Positions 12,198 to 26,699 of a stretch of 64,000 bases of DNA are shown here, one piece after another; the stretch's first letter is position 1; every line of letters begins with the position of its first letter. The stretch is taken from assembly GCF_011386835.1 (NCBI RefSeq), contig NC_088797.1, forward strand, positions 113,646,001 through 113,710,000, written 5' to 3'. The notes under the pieces are model-generated. The model searched no databases. It saw only the letters and a list, made by a program, of their open reading frames with translations, and was not told the origin of the DNA. Source of the stretch: Chrysemys picta bellii. Lineage: Eukaryota. Position numbers and translations under genes: made by a program.

Positions 12198-15100
12198 TTA
12201 TGAAGGACAGTTTTTAGTGGGCTAATCAAAATGCAAGTCATCCGCAGGTTTAGGAAAATGAGTAAATATGGTTAGAAATACAAATAACAAATGAAGAGCA
12301 GCAATAAGGCCTTGTAATAAAGAGACTTGAAGTTATTCTTTGGAATGGTTGTTTGGCCCTAGAAATAGCAAAAATATAGTGTGTACTAAGAAATAAAAAA
12401 GAAGAAAATTCCACACATTTACTATGCAATTTCTTTGTATAAAAGAAAATATAATCTTGCTAGAATTTGTTTTATAAGGAGATCAGATCTTTAAAAGTGG
12501 GTTTGTTTTCCCTCTTAAAAAAATAAGTTGTATAGACAGATAGGACTTTATACTGTTTGTATTTTACTGTAGTATGTAAATGACTTGCAATAACTTTTGA
12601 TGTTTCATAATAAATGCCCAAGTTTTCATAATGTAAGAAACTGGTGGGAGATGTCAGAATGTATGAAGGCTGCCTTTGATCAGATAGTAAACTAAATTCT
12701 ACCAGGCAGTTACTTAATCTCTGACAAAAAGCAACATCAAAAAATTGATTTAACTTAGCAGCTATTGTCTGTAAAGTAACCTTAATTACAGTTTCTATGT
12801 GCTTGTAAATGTACTACCCCAAATCATGTAATTTATTGTTGGTAAAAGCATCGTTAGAATTAAGAAAAATAATGTGAATTATTTTATTTAAAGGATTTAA
12901 AGGTAATAAAAGAAATCCTTGATGTTGTGATGTTTCTTTGGAATACCAAATATCCTAAATGTCAGTTGCAGGATTCTAAGGTGGTGTTCATTTAATGCAA
13001 GATATAATTAAAAGGAGAAGGTACTATCTTTATACCCCTTAGTTTTTGAATGAAACTATTTGAAAAATTTTAATGTTCCTGATAATTGTTAAGATATTTG
13101 AAGTAATTTATATTAGATTCTGCAATAATAGGCCTCCACCAAGTTACATTTTTTTCTTCCCTTGGATGTAGTGTTTAGCAATTAAGTTTGTATATCTTCT
13201 ACTCTGGTGCCAACACCTGTCTCTGAAAGCAGTGTTTAAACAGGCGCAGTAGCCAGTTGAAAGGGCAGCCTGAGCTCTTTAAGGCCTAATTAAGAACTGA
13301 AAGGGAGATGAAGCATGTAGGACAAAAGATGTGAAAGCAGCTGAGATGATATTCCCAGAGCAAAATTCCTCATTAGAACAATAGGGAGATGATCAGAGAA
13401 TGCCTAGCCTTTATGTTATCTCTGTAACTCTCCTTCAGTTGCTGTGGATGTCAGTTTGTACCCCAATAAATTTGGTTACCAGGACAACACCTTCTTTAAA
13501 TATTTTGCTAAAATGTAAATTGTATAAGATAATTATGTCATAGTAAATCTTTAGTAGCAATCTTTTTGAAAAGTAAAAATTAGATTATTCCTTAATCCTT
13601 TAACATGCTGTGTTGCCTAAATATTCAAATGAAAAATTAAAACCAAAATGTGAGTTATCCCCATACTATTGGCATTGTCCTTTCCTTAATTAATTAAAAA
13701 CATACTGATATATAGTTGAATCTTTATTTTTCTTTAGCTGGAATTTTCTTGTATATCTGCTTGGTATTCCTGTGAAAAAAGAATGCAAGAAAACTTCTTA
13801 AAACATACATATTACACAGAACATTCTGGGAAACAATATTTAATAGTTAAAAACATCATTGCATACTGGATCTAGGTGTTTTCCAAATATAAAATTGAGC
13901 AAACTCTTTATTTTTAGACATGGAAGCTTTAGTAATATTTTTTTCTGATATGTATGAAGTATTAGTACTGTAAACAGAAACATTGCCTTCCTCAGGGTGG
14001 AAGAAAATGTGCAAGATACATGAATGACCAAGAATTGGAAATGCTTTCTATTCTGTACATATTATTGGAAATGTGGTACTAAATGATTTGTAAGTTTCAC
14101 CAATTTAGGTATTTTTATGAAGTGGAAGAAATTATCTGCTATGATGATTTTTTAGTGTTATAAATTGACGAAAGCAAATTAACTGTTAGTGACTAAATAC
14201 TGAGGTTTAGCTGAAATTAAATCTTACAGAATCAGTCAGAAATCCTAAAACGTTTAATAGTGCCAAGAGTTACTAACAGAAAACAATTGATGGAGAGAGG
14301 TTGGTTAACTTGTAGCATTCCAACTGATTTGCAATACACCATCACTTTTAATTAGCCTTACTTGAAAACTTTGGCCACCTGCATATTTTAATGATGAGAT
14401 GGATGCCAAAGTATAAATATTGAGCTGTGTTGAAATGAAAAGGAGTGAAGCAGGCTACTTCTGTATATATCTACCACTCAGTGTGCTTGCTGATTGTGCC
14501 CGATTTATCATTTTTAATGAGAAGATTCAAATGTAAACAAAAATTATCTCCTAAGCAAGAATTACTTCACCTTATATTCAACTGAAAGGTTCAGGATTTG
14601 AGAGGTTAGATTATTTTACTTAATCAAATGTTTTATATCTTTAAATGTCCCAGTCTCTGAACTAGATTAAACTAATTATTATACACGTCTAACAGTGCTA
14701 TTATTTTCATAAATCCACTCTTGCTAATTATCCTTTTCTTAATTATATGTTCTCTTCCCCCCAGTAGAAAATAAGGCATTCAGGGTTATAGTTTCCTGGA
14801 TTATACATTGCTTTTATTATGGGAATTAAATTTACCCATCTCTCTTAATACTTGTACACATAGTGAATCATCAAAAAGCATTGCTGAAAGTTGTTGTTTC
14901 TCTTACTACTTAATTTAGAATTCTGTGCCGCACGTGTTTTTTTTCAACTTCTGGTAGTTCTCCTTTCTATATAAGTGCTCTTGTGCAATTACGACAGCCT
15001 CTTGTTCAGCTTTTTAACTTCATCCAAAATATAAAATAAGAAGTTCTAATATACAATAAGCAGATATTGAGGCCAGGACTTGGAGAGCCACTGAAGGCCA

Positions 15101-15446
15101 AGAATGGAACATTAGAGGCAGATGAGTCCTGATGTCATTAAAAATCTAGATACATTCTTTGCTGTAGTCCTCTCAAAAGATGAACAATAAAAGAAAGAGA
15201 ACTCAAAATAGTGGTGGTAAGGTTTGAGTAGTCAAGGGCTGTCTTGCTTCTTCCCCTTCTTGGTGGGTCAATGACTTTATGGGCATTATATTACTATGGG
15301 GAGAAGCTTATTTCTGGATGTGAGGTGTACCCTGCTTGAGAACAGTATCATAAGTGACTTTCTGTTTCATAACCTCTCAACTAATTCACAATATTGGATT
15401 GTCTCCCATATGTCTACTAAAATGTTGTAATGTTTTTCATTTATAG

Positions 15447-15674
15447 GATAGAAATCCTTTTGATGCCACTGCAGGGTACCGTAATCTTACATATGAAGAG
15501 GTCTTGCAGGAGCTGGTGAAACATAAAGAGCAACTTAAGAAGAAAGACACCCATATCCGTGAACTTGAGGACTACATTGACAATCTTCTTGTACGAGTAA
15601 TGGAGGAAACTCCTAGTATTCTCAGAGTGCCATATGAACCTTCTCGAAGAGCTGGCAAATTTTCCAAAAGCTAA
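15447..15674 (+). CDS. RAB11FIP2: RAB11FIP2 terminal coding exon: NPF motif and FIP Rab11-binding domain
   Basis: ttatag acceptor. Translates DRNPFDATAGYRNLTYEEVLQELVKHKEQLKKKDTHIRELEDYIDNLLVRVMEETPSILRVPYEPSRRAGKFSKS-stop, the recognisable FIP2 C-terminus. Confidence 0.96.
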   Translation, partial: DRNPFDATAGYRNLTYEEVLQELVKHKEQLKKKDTHIRELEDYIDNLLVRVMEETPSILRVPYEPSRRAGKFSKS

Positions 15675-18600
15675 GGCAATAACACTTCATGGTTCTTTTT
15701 GTTGAATGTGTTAATGGAAGGACATTGAACTACACATTTTGATTTCCTACTTTTGTTCTATTGTCCACTCCTTTCCCCTTCTGAGAGATTCAGGATTTTG
15801 TCCTTCAAATACTAGCAGGGATTGTCAAAACTAGTAGTCTGCTATGTTTATTAAAGAACTTTGCAAAAACAAATAGGAGATATAGTAGATGAATTTCTCA
15901 CATTCCTTTTTGGAAATTACATTTAGCTATATTTTACTTGCAGGACTGTAATGTCCATTCAGTTGTTTTACGTGATAATTTACTCCTAGCCCTGTTGCGG
16001 TTTGATACCATATGTCTACTTTTACTACTTATTGATACTCTATTATGCAAAATCACTCTTTTTGGTATTACAGCATGCCATCACGGGTGTCATGCTAAAG
16101 TCTGTATGGTACGTTTTGCTGGATGTGAATATGGATTGTTGCAATGTGATATTTCAAAATAGTTAATTCTCAGCATTTATTAGAGAGAAACAGTGGAAAC
16201 AAAGAGGAAATGTCATATCCTGTACAGTACACTTTGTTAAGAATGTTTTAAAATGTCATGTCAGTTCAACAATGGCATGTATTTCAATCAGTTATTTTCA
16301 CACTTAAATTCTGGATTTTGTGTACAATGAACATTGAACTTTGAAATCAGTAAGTTATAAGCTAATTACGATACAGGGTTTTTGGTGTAAAGTTATTGCA
16401 TGCCTTTTTATACATTAAAATAGTGTAAACAAAATGCTAAGAGAGTCAGAAGTAGGACTGAAGAAAGTGTTGGATAAAGAGTTTAATACTTTTTTCACTC
16501 AAATCCTACAGCAGTAAAAAAAAAAAAAGTTCAGAAGGAGGAATAGGAAGACTGACTTAGAGAGATGATTCTGAAGAATTAAAGTGACTCAATCTCAAGT
16601 TGGGTTTTTCACGTGATGCATCTTTCCTTTGATTTCCAAGGCTGCTAGGAAAAGGGTGTATTGCTTAGGCATGCCTGGAGTATTTCTCACAAAGACTAAA
16701 CTAAAAAGAGGAGGTCTGTATTCCTTTTCAATCATTTTAAAGGTCTGCTTTTACTAAGGCTGATGGAAGAGGTATTTGAATAAGCATGCATCTAATCATT
16801 TATATTTGCGTATAATGTGTACAAAAGTGTGTACTGTTTCACACATCAGCTAAATACAGTAATCAACTTCTAATGGGAAACAATGGTGTAAGAAAAAAAT
16901 CTTTACGAATAGCCACTAAATTATTTTATTTTAATTGCCCTGTAAGTCTTAAGTGAATTGTCTGTTACTGTGAAATTCTGAGGTGTATCAGAACCTATGC
17001 AGGAGAATATAATAGCATTGGATTTAAGAAGTTAAAATTCTTGGTTTGGGAAGAAAATTTTGTGTGCAGGATGGCAGGATTTTTGTTTTTTGCTTTCTCC
17101 ATTTGTTCTTGTAAAGTGCTGAGTTTTCTTACACTCTCATATGGTGGGCTTTTCTGAGGAGGAAAAAAGCCTAAAATTAACTTCTGATTTTTGTTGTTGT
17201 TATGAAGAATGAGACTTTTTTTTTTCATGTTTAAGACTTCAAAAATTAATAAATCCATCTTGAATTGTTCTGATTCTAGACACTATGAGATAAACCATTG
17301 GTATCAGAGAGCTCTTGACAATGTAACTATATTACAACAGCATTGCATTGTACTCAGAAGAAAATTATTTCTTTGTACAGTGTAAATAACTTTTCACTTC
17401 TTGACTTTATTTCTTGTTTTACTTTGCATTCTCCAAAATGACATGGGGCGGGACCTGGGATGGGGAAAAGGATTGATTTATTGATTGTGCCAGAGCGTTA
17501 AGTATGAAAGTCCTGACCCTGTGTTGGGATTCATTAGCATAAACCATTGTGCTTGGGCGGAGCCACAGTGACTACAGTGGGACCCCTCCTGGTTGTAATG
17601 TTCTGCGTTAGCAGATCATGTTTCAGGATTAAGGCCTGATTCACTAAGTAGTTGCTATTAAGACCACCTGAGGATTCATCAGGTATTGTACCTCATAAAC
17701 TAATATGAATGTTCTTTTGTCTACTTAAGTCTAAATGACTCAGTTTATTGTAATATATTCAAAGTGCCAAAGCATATTAAGTTACAGTTCATTTATTGCT
17801 GAGTTAGTTTTTGCACTTGAAGGAGATTTTAATTTAGAAATTATACAAGGTTGTATGTCAATTATTCAGTATTCCCACAAAGATTCTCAAACATTTTAGA
17901 GTAGTTTGGCTAAAGCTAATGACTTTTATATATACTGGGAAATGTGCCATTGAATTTGAAGCTGAACTCCACATTAATTTAAAAAATCACTGATGCTATG
18001 TGATCCTAAATTTGTAAGGTTTCTTCTCTCATCACTGTCTTATACATATCAATGGGAGTTTCACAAGCAAACCAGTAGGAAAATATTCCCCAATGAGTTT
18101 AAACTTCTGCAAGCCAATCTATAGTTATTAAAATGAAACATTACTGTATTTAGAACCTTTGAAATCACTTCTATTAGAATGTTAATGTGGAATATCAAAA
18201 TGCATAATTGGCTAAAAGTAGATCATTTGACATTTGCGTAGCAGAGATGATAAGCAGATTAAAGGTAGCAAAAAGATCAATTTTAGTGCATTAGTGAAGA
18301 AATTCAGTGAAGTTTTTAATGTGCTATCTAGTTCTTTATCTGATCTGTAACTGAATAAAAGCGCCATTTGTTTCTCCTAGTTTGTCACAAAAAGGGAGAA
18401 AAAGACAAATTTAGCTTAGAAAAAGGTAGTTACTAAAATATGAAGAATGAAGCATGTACAACTATAAAAATATTTGTACGGTGTTCGTGTAATTTAAGGT
18501 ACGAGTTACTTTTGGTTCAATTTTGGAAAGAGATTAAATTCATATGTTTTTCTGTTTTTAAATAGGTTTTTTTTAAATTATTCACATTTTCTGGGAATTT

Positions 18601-20180
18601 TTACAGGTTATTTTTCAAGGACATCTCACCGTAAAAATATTTTATGGACCATGCAAAATTTTCAAATCAAAACACTTCATACAAAATATTCCATACATGT
18701 ATAAGACACAAGGAAATTTCTGTTGATTTTACTCTTAAGGATAAAAACTATAAAAGCATCTTCTAACAGTTTTTGAATCTGTAATACCTTACCGCATACA
18801 ATCCATCTTTCAGTACTCTAAAATCTAAAGATGAAAACACTGGCAATCCACACACTTTTATTGATCTTTTCTCTGAAAAATTAACATGAAGCTTCATCAG
18901 TATATGTACTGTACTTTGAAATATTCCTTTGAAACAGCTCTGGTACTAGCAATGTATTTAACTACTTTCTTGAATGAATATCAAGGCCATATTTTAGAGT
19001 TGTAAATAACCAATGAACTTCTTGCCATTCAATAAGACTGTTTAATATTGATGTATTACTTTTTGCTGCTGTGTGTATGTATGTTGAGCTTGATTTTGCC
19101 ACCTACCAATGAGTGTAGCATTATCCATAGATTACACATGACTCCATCTATTGCTGTTGTCTGTAAATCAAGATTAGTTGTAATTTTCCAACTATGAAAA
19201 TGATGCCTTGTATTTGAAAGGGTTCTACAAATGGGGACCCAAACAGAACTGAGCTCATTCGTAACCAGCTTACATTATTTTGCTGTAAGGATGCGCTTTC
19301 TTTAACTAGGTGCATCTTAAATGAAACAGAACTGCTGTCTTAATATTTTTACTGTTGCACTGGAGTTTTATTTACACCTATAGCTTTAAAAAAAGTTGTC
19401 CTACACCAAGTTTTTAAACTAAACTCATGCTTTGTTGCTGTTTGTGTTTCCATAACTATGGTAGGTTATGGTAGAGGTGTCAGTTGTGTGTTTTAAAATG
19501 GTTAAAGTTAAAGCCTCTTGATTCACTTGCTGTCTTTTGAGGTAAATGGTGAAGGGTTATAGCACTGCTATGTTCCTGGTATTCGATTTAAGGCTTTGTC
19601 AGCATTTCCATTCTAAACCCCTGTTTTCAGGGATTTTATAACTTCTAAATCTAGGTACAGTCACTGGAAGTGTTTTTAATATGCAATAGGTGGCACTTTA
19701 ATCTGTTTATGAAGGGTTGGGAGACTTATTTCTGTTGAGAGGCAGAGACGGCATTTATTTTATCTTTCATAATTTGTATGTTGAAAAATCCACTATATTT
19801 GCTGTTAAGTGTATTACAAATGATACATTCACTCATCTTAGAAGCTTCCAGGTGGCTTGTATATGTTAGGTACAATAAAATGCTGAAGATCCAAGTTATA
19901 TAGGAGGACTGTAAAAGATGGGAGCATTACTTAAAAGTAAAGGGTTGATTTGTCTCGTGCAATGAATGGTAGCTTGTATACATTTTTAAAGTTACAGATT
20001 CACAACTATATGCACCCGTTACAACTGTATACTTATGATATTGCATGAAACATTTTTCTTATATGCACTAGGTGTTGATCTCTCTTTGGTTGATTAAAAT
20101 ATGTAATCTTAATATTTGAATTTATTTTCATTCAGTATTGCATGTGCAACACTAATAAAACACAGTGCACTACAGCAAAT
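15675..20180 (+). other. RAB11FIP2: Probable RAB11FIP2 3' UTR (~4.5 kb)
   Basis: AT-rich with no recognisable transposon, ending at a canonical poly(A) context. The end point is inferred; alternative AATAAA at 17248, 18354 and 19874. Confidence 0.55.
20154..20159 (+). terminator. Candidate polyadenylation signal
   Basis: AATAAA with upstream TGTA (20102) and a downstream GT-rich tract (tgtcgtgtagttt). Confidence 0.5.
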
Positions 20181-20394
20181 GTCGTGTAGTTTAATGTCTA
20201 ATATGTGTTCAAAACATGCAAGATTTCAGCGTTCTAATCAAGTGTGTATTTCAGGACATAATGGCCATGCTTTTGAGAATTACAAGGAGTGTATTTTCTC
20301 AAGGACAGTTGGAAATGCATTTCATAGCTGCTTGGAAACTTCCTCTTAGATACCCTCTGGAGAACATAATTGTTGAAAGAGACCTATCTTGTTC

Positions 20395-20416
20395 GTGTGT
20401 GTGTGTGTGTGTGTGT
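20395..20416. repeat. (GT)n microsatellite
   Basis: Directly visible. Confidence 0.95.
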
Positions 20417-21664
20417 CCTTTAATATAGAGGCAACAGTCACCAAACCCCATCCCCTTCTTCTGACTACACATGCAAAAACATCACATATAGTAATGAGGG
20501 CTTTGATACTGATGTCTTGGGTGGCACTTAACATGCTGACAATCATCCATGAAAGATGATAGGAGATATATAATCCACATCACTTTCCATGGCTGACAGT
20601 TTCAAAACAGAATCCAACCAGAGAGAGATTAGAACTAGGACCCTCCAAAGAAGTCCTATTTTCCACAGTCCCATCAACAAGAATGATGTTTTCACCTGTT
20701 TTTATCAATATAAAGGACCTCATTCAGTGGCAGGTGTAGCCTTCTGATTCAATGGGTACACCAGGCCTCAGCACAGGGCCTGCTTTACTCTGCACAGCCA
20801 CTCCAGGGCCGGTCCCAGTTACACAAGGCAGTGAGAGGAACCCCACCCGGTATGTGTTGTGGAAGGCAGTTCTGCTCAACATCCAGATCCAGCTGCTCGG
20901 AATGGGGAAAGGCCCTGTCCTTAGCCCAGCATCCTGGCCCTGTGTACCTGCTTCCTGGACATATGGGGGCATCTCCCGACCCCCACTTCCCAAATTCCCT
21001 CTGGCAGATTTTACCTTTCAGGTATCCAAAGCAGCATATGACTCTGATAACATCTCACAGTGATGTGGGTGGGAGCAGAACCACCATGACACAGGGCCTG
21101 GGCTTCCTGATTTCTGGGGGTGCAAGTGAACCCATGAATCCACACTAAAGCCACCTCAGTGTGGATTCCTGTTCTGCCCCTCGTCTTCCTTGGGGCAACC
21201 TGAGGGTGGAGTCTAACCCAGGACAACAGTAATTTCTCCTGATGTTGGAAGGAGTTGAGAGCAACACTCCTCAAGATGGAGAATTTATTCCTATACACGC
21301 ACAGCTGTTTGGATTTTGACTCTCTTGCACTGGATGGACCTGTCCCTTGAATAGGTCCGTCCCTACATGTTGCCTTCTGGAGCTTATGCCACCAGAAAGT
21401 TACTGATTTTTAGTTCTCAATATGGCCTTGAGAATGAAGTTCACAAATGCTGCTGTGTGTTTTGAGGCATCCATGCCAAGTGGTGGTCGTGGGAAAATTT
21501 TAGTCAATTTACGGTAGATTTCCCCCACACACTTTTTGGCAACTTTCCCTTGGCCCTAGCTACTTGCCCTCCTCTCAAGCTTTGCAACTGTCCTCACTTA
21601 ATAGGGGGCTAAAAGGTCTGTCCTTTCCAGCTGAAGAAAATAAAAATGGTCTTTTAAAGCACTG

Positions 21665-21830
21665 CACTGCAGATATGTGTTCAATCCCCAGCTATGCCAC
21701 GGATGTTCTAGATCTTAATTTCTCTAAACCTGTAAAATGAAGATATTTCCCCACATCCCAGGACTGTTGTGAAGATAAAAGCAGTGTTTGTTAGGTGCTC
21801 AAAAACTGTGGTTATAGGGGCAATATAAAT
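21665..21830 (+). mobile_element. MIR/CORE-SINE remnant
   Basis: ttcaatccccagctatgccac...ctgtaaaatgaagata...ggactgttgtgaagataaa resembles the CORE and tail. Confidence 0.55.
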
Positions 21831-24800
21831 TCTTAGATATAGTCCAGGATAGATTCCATAGTTTTCAGATTCTCTATATTAGATTTGATTGTAATCTTTT
21901 TATTCCCCCTCCCCCCCCACACACAAGTCCTCGATGAAAGTTGAATTACAGATTTAAAAAAAAAAACATAAATTGAGAGGGCTACTAAAACCCTTAGATA
22001 TAATCTACAAGGGACAGGAAGGGGGCAGTACCTCTCCAACTATGTAAACCAAAATTGGTTGAGTGTGGTGTCCATCAGAACAAAGCTCAAGATCTCATTT
22101 CTGTATTTTAATAACAGACCAAACAGTACACTCTTTTTATTTAAGTATTGTTGCTAGATTGGTCTGCAGCTTATTTGGGACACGTTGCCCTTTTCTGTAA
22201 CGTTGGGTGCTTCAGTAAAACTATAAATAATGACAAAAAACAAAGCCTATCATTGGCTCTGCACTAGTACATTAAATGTTGGACTTATTCTGTAATGAGC
22301 ATCATTTTATGAGAGGTAAGAGTAAGAATAACTATGAAGGAAATCTGCCTAGTCCTGGTGCCCATACAGTGCGGTCAGCTTAAAATGGTGCTGTTCCTCC
22401 AAGGCAGGCTCTTACGGTGTTACCATGCAAAATACAATACAGGTTGAAAAGTGTGGGGCTTCGGGACATTGTGTCTGCAATAGTTATATAAAGGTCAGGA
22501 TGCAGATTCAGCATGGGCTGGTTGGCATCTGGAATTGGCAATATTTATATAGTGGTTTTGTACAGCATTTAGACCTACTCGAAGTGCCTTTTATAAAACT
22601 ATTGGCTTATACTCCGAAGCGCAATCTGTGGCTATGTTCTGATGTGCTTTTAGTTTAAAAATAAACATTTTTAAAAGGTATTGATTACACTTATGCTTCT
22701 ATCCCAAACATTTTAAAATGGAACCAGTTAAGGGAAAGAGAACTATTTCCCATGATTGTCTTCTCTTTTCACCATGCATCTCATTTTTGAGCTAATGAAG
22801 TATTGAATATAACGAAGCAAATTGATGAGGGGAGAAGAATTGTGTTTAGGCTGCCCATCGGGATGTATGATCCAAATACCACTAATATCCCATTGAACCA
22901 ATTGCTAGACACGTGCCAGATTCTTTCTTTAAGTGACCTGAATGTGGCATCCTTGATTAGCAGGATCAGCATCACACTGAAAACGGGAGAAACGAAATAA
23001 CGCAGCAGAAGCAGCTAACACTGGGAAGTTTAGCAGATGGATTAGTTACTAGGGTGTTACCTATAAGGCAGATGTCAGGCAGAAGTGAAGAGCTTCAACC
23101 AGCTGTCACCTCCATTTCCCAGGTCCCTTGGACACTTTTTTAATCTTTAGGGATTAAACTAACCAGTTTCTCTGGGAAGTTAGACAGTGCCCCAAGAGAT
23201 CTGGTGTTGGATTCAGTACGTGGTAGACCAGATTGCCTCTATTGTTGCCCTAGATAGGTGTCTATCACAAGGTGTCAATGACTCTCTAACAAGGAAAATG
23301 CGGAAATGTGTCACGTCACCTCCTTCTGTAAATGATTCATGCAGGGCCTGCTTAGGTGATGAGGGCTTCCTTCTCAGATATCTGCTGCTTACATTAAGAA
23401 TTCCTTGAAAATTGACTCCCCAGGACACCTTTAGAGGCTACATCAAAGTGTCTAGTTTTAAAATTAATGAATATTAAGTCATTTGTAAAGGACTCTTACA
23501 ATGGCATAAGGAAGATGTCTTCTTATTGGACCAGTTATGTCAATAGACTGATTCCAGAACACAGTCAGAAACCACATGATAAAAACCTATTTTAATAACA
23601 GCTGTTGACTGATCAGTTATCAGTATGTTCTATTGTCCCTTTATAATAAAGTTTATAATTATAAAGGATTGCGCATTTAACTAACTTGCGAATAGTGAAC
23701 AATTATATCGCTTAAATATACTGATATTTTTATAATCATAGTTTACTTAATAAATATTTTAATGAACGTGAACCTGATCTGCCCAAGTAGGGTTTTTTTT
23801 ATATTTGTTTTAAACCTGAATTATGGACACAATGACTCCATTTGTATAGGCCGTGAGTAATCACAATCATTCTGAAATAGTTTTATATATGATTCCATTT
23901 TAGATTTAGAAATGTCATTTAATCTTTTTAATAGCTTTCACATTCCCTTATAAAAATATACTACAATATTCTGTAGTAATGGTCCAAAACACCACAACTT
24001 ACAATACTTTAATAATTACTGTAATGTTTGGCTTTATTGTAGAATTGTTTGGGCTTTTTAAAATATGTGTTTGCAGCAATGTACATATGCTTTATATATA
24101 GAAAGAATAACATTAGAAAGAATAAATTGGTATCTGGGCAAATTCTGGTATAACTTTTATTTTGCATGTATAAATTAAAAAGTATCTTTTAAAAAATAAA
24201 CTTATTCCTATATGTTTCTGTTAATCTTTGTGTTAAACTAATGTAGCTAAACTTCTGTGTAAAGTCTCAAGGACTAGTTCATCAAATAGGCTTGCCTCAA
24301 ATTCACTGACCTGTTTTTTGAATATAGAGAAATAAAAAGAATCTGATTACAACAGGTGCTAAATGTTGCTTTTAAAGGATCAAGAAAAAAGGTGGGTGAC
24401 ACATTTTATGAGACATGGTTTAATCTTCTTGTTTCTTGAAGGACATATTGAGTGTGGATAAGAGGGGCTAATGTATTTCCAGGATTGTGCATTTACAATT
24501 AGTTGTAGGATTACTACTTGTCTTCTGTTAGATTTATATAAGCCTTTTAAAACATGAACTTATTTTTTTTAAAGAATAGATTATGATTGGTTTAGCCAAT
24601 CACATGACAGTTGCAGTTTGGGACTCCTTTTCAAGTGACCTCATCACAACTCAACATAAAATCCACTGAAATGTGCACTTTAAATTGAGAGGCCAAATGA
24701 AGGAAACCAGCAACAAGAGTGAGGAAGAAGTGAAATAAGTCCTAATAAAAATAAACAACTGATGTTGTTTGATCTGAAGGGGAATTCAGTTGGTAAATAT

Positions 24801-25684
24801 CGCTGAGTATTTTCACTGGTATTTTCATTTTAACTGTAAAGAATAATCACTTTAGTATAGAAACACAGAGCCATAACTGTCCTAGTGCATAAGATTTGTT
24901 GGGTTCCTTAGAAAGTGGGCTTCAAATCAAGTTATATTGTATTTAATCATTGTTTCAGTTTAATTGATTTCAAACAGTTAAAGAGCACTGATGGAGTTGA
25001 GCCATGCTAGAATTGTGTTTGCAAATTGTGTTTTAGTTGCTCTGTAGTGCCTGTCTCTTTCTTGAACAATGTTTAAAAGCTGATTCCAACACACACCATT
25101 CCCATGCATATTGGTGGGCTAAACCTGCTTAGGAAAAAGTTTAGTTGTAGCCATTTTTAAAGGCTATTCTTTTCTCAATTCCTGATCTTTTTTGGAAGGG
25201 AGCCTAAGTTTGATGTAACAATTAAAGTGTGACTCAAAGTGACTACAGTGGCTGGTAAAACGGGAAGTGGAACAGGAACAAGGTAATTTTTTCCATAGAG
25301 AAGGTCAGATTTGAGAGGCCAACTCAAATGCAGCAGTAGCAGCAGAATCAATGAGAAACATAGTTCAACTAAAAGCTGAATTGAGTTGTTGAATCATGAA
25401 AGTTTAAAATAATACACCAGCGTACATTGCAGGGAAAAGGAAGTGATTGAACAGGTGAATTGCTGAGTGCATATCAGTCAACATGACCATGCTCTCCTTT
25501 GTCTTGCAGCTTAAAAAGAGATCAGTGTTCTTGCTACATCTGATTAATTGACAGTGAGTTAGCTAAATGGCATTTAAAAACTATTGCATCTTCCAATAAG
25601 ATGAAGTGTACCATCAGTTTGTCTGAAAAAAAATGATCTATCTAGCTTTTAATAAGCCAATGCCAGGGTAGACTTTGCCAAATA

Positions 25685-25852
25685 CACCTCTACCCCGATA
25701 TAACATTAATTCGATTATAACGCGATAATGCAGTGGGGGCAGGGCTGTGCACTCCGGCAGATCAAAGCATGTTCGATATAATGCGGTTTCACCTATAACG
25801 CGGTAAGATTTTTTTTGGCTCCCAAGGACAGCGTTATATCGGGGTAGAGATG
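25685..25852. mobile_element. Tc1/mariner (Tigger/pogo-type) MITE
   Basis: 20-bp TIR cacctctaccccgatataac / gttatatcggggtagagatg (1 mismatch); TA on both sides. Confidence 0.85.
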
Positions 25853-26699
25853 TACAGTCTTTTTTCCATCTTACTTAAGGCTAAGGTAGTGTCTGGTTTA
25901 AATTCATTAATTTCACCCTATTTGCTTGGAAAAGTAGGGATCGCATCTTTCCTCTCTGTGCGTAACTGGTCAGTACTAAACTACTATTTGTTACCTCGTT
26001 ATTATACTTCTAATAAAAATGGTGTAGCCGGGCAAAGGTAACTGTTGTTGACAGTGAAGGATGCAGTGCTCTGCTGTAGAGAGAGAGAGAGAAATGTGTG
26101 TGTGTATTCTATGGAGACGAAGAAGAGAAACAGTACTTAAACGATGCATACTGTTGAGCTGAACTCAGCTCTGGAATCTACCTGACAGTGAGACCATTTC
26201 TACAGAAAAGTCCCAAAAATCCAACCGTAGCTCCCCTCACAAAGGTGTATCTCCCTGTCATTACCATTTAAGTCAGACATTTGAAGGTGTACAAAAAGTA
26301 GTACATAAATGGGAGAAAACCCATTTGGAAATATTATTCTTTAGAGGGAGGAAGTTGGAGGGTCAGGAGAGAGAAGAAAATTTTAATTTTGGAAGGGAAG
26401 GGACACATTTTGGATAGTCACTTTACAAAAAGAAATTTTGTTTGGGTGCTACTAGACAGCGTATAAAATTAGTTCTGACAAAATGTTTCATATAGAATAG
26501 GAAAGGGAAAAAAGTGGCTTGATGTTTCCCAATAACACAGATTAGATACTTCCAGAGCTGGAGCTTGGAACAGCTATATTTGTAGAAAAGACATACAAGT
26601 CACTAAAACAACAAATCTGACTTGGTACAGTAAATTTCCTACTTGGAGAGTACGCAAGGTACTGTGATCTGTAATTGCCTAAAAAGAAATAATACGAAT

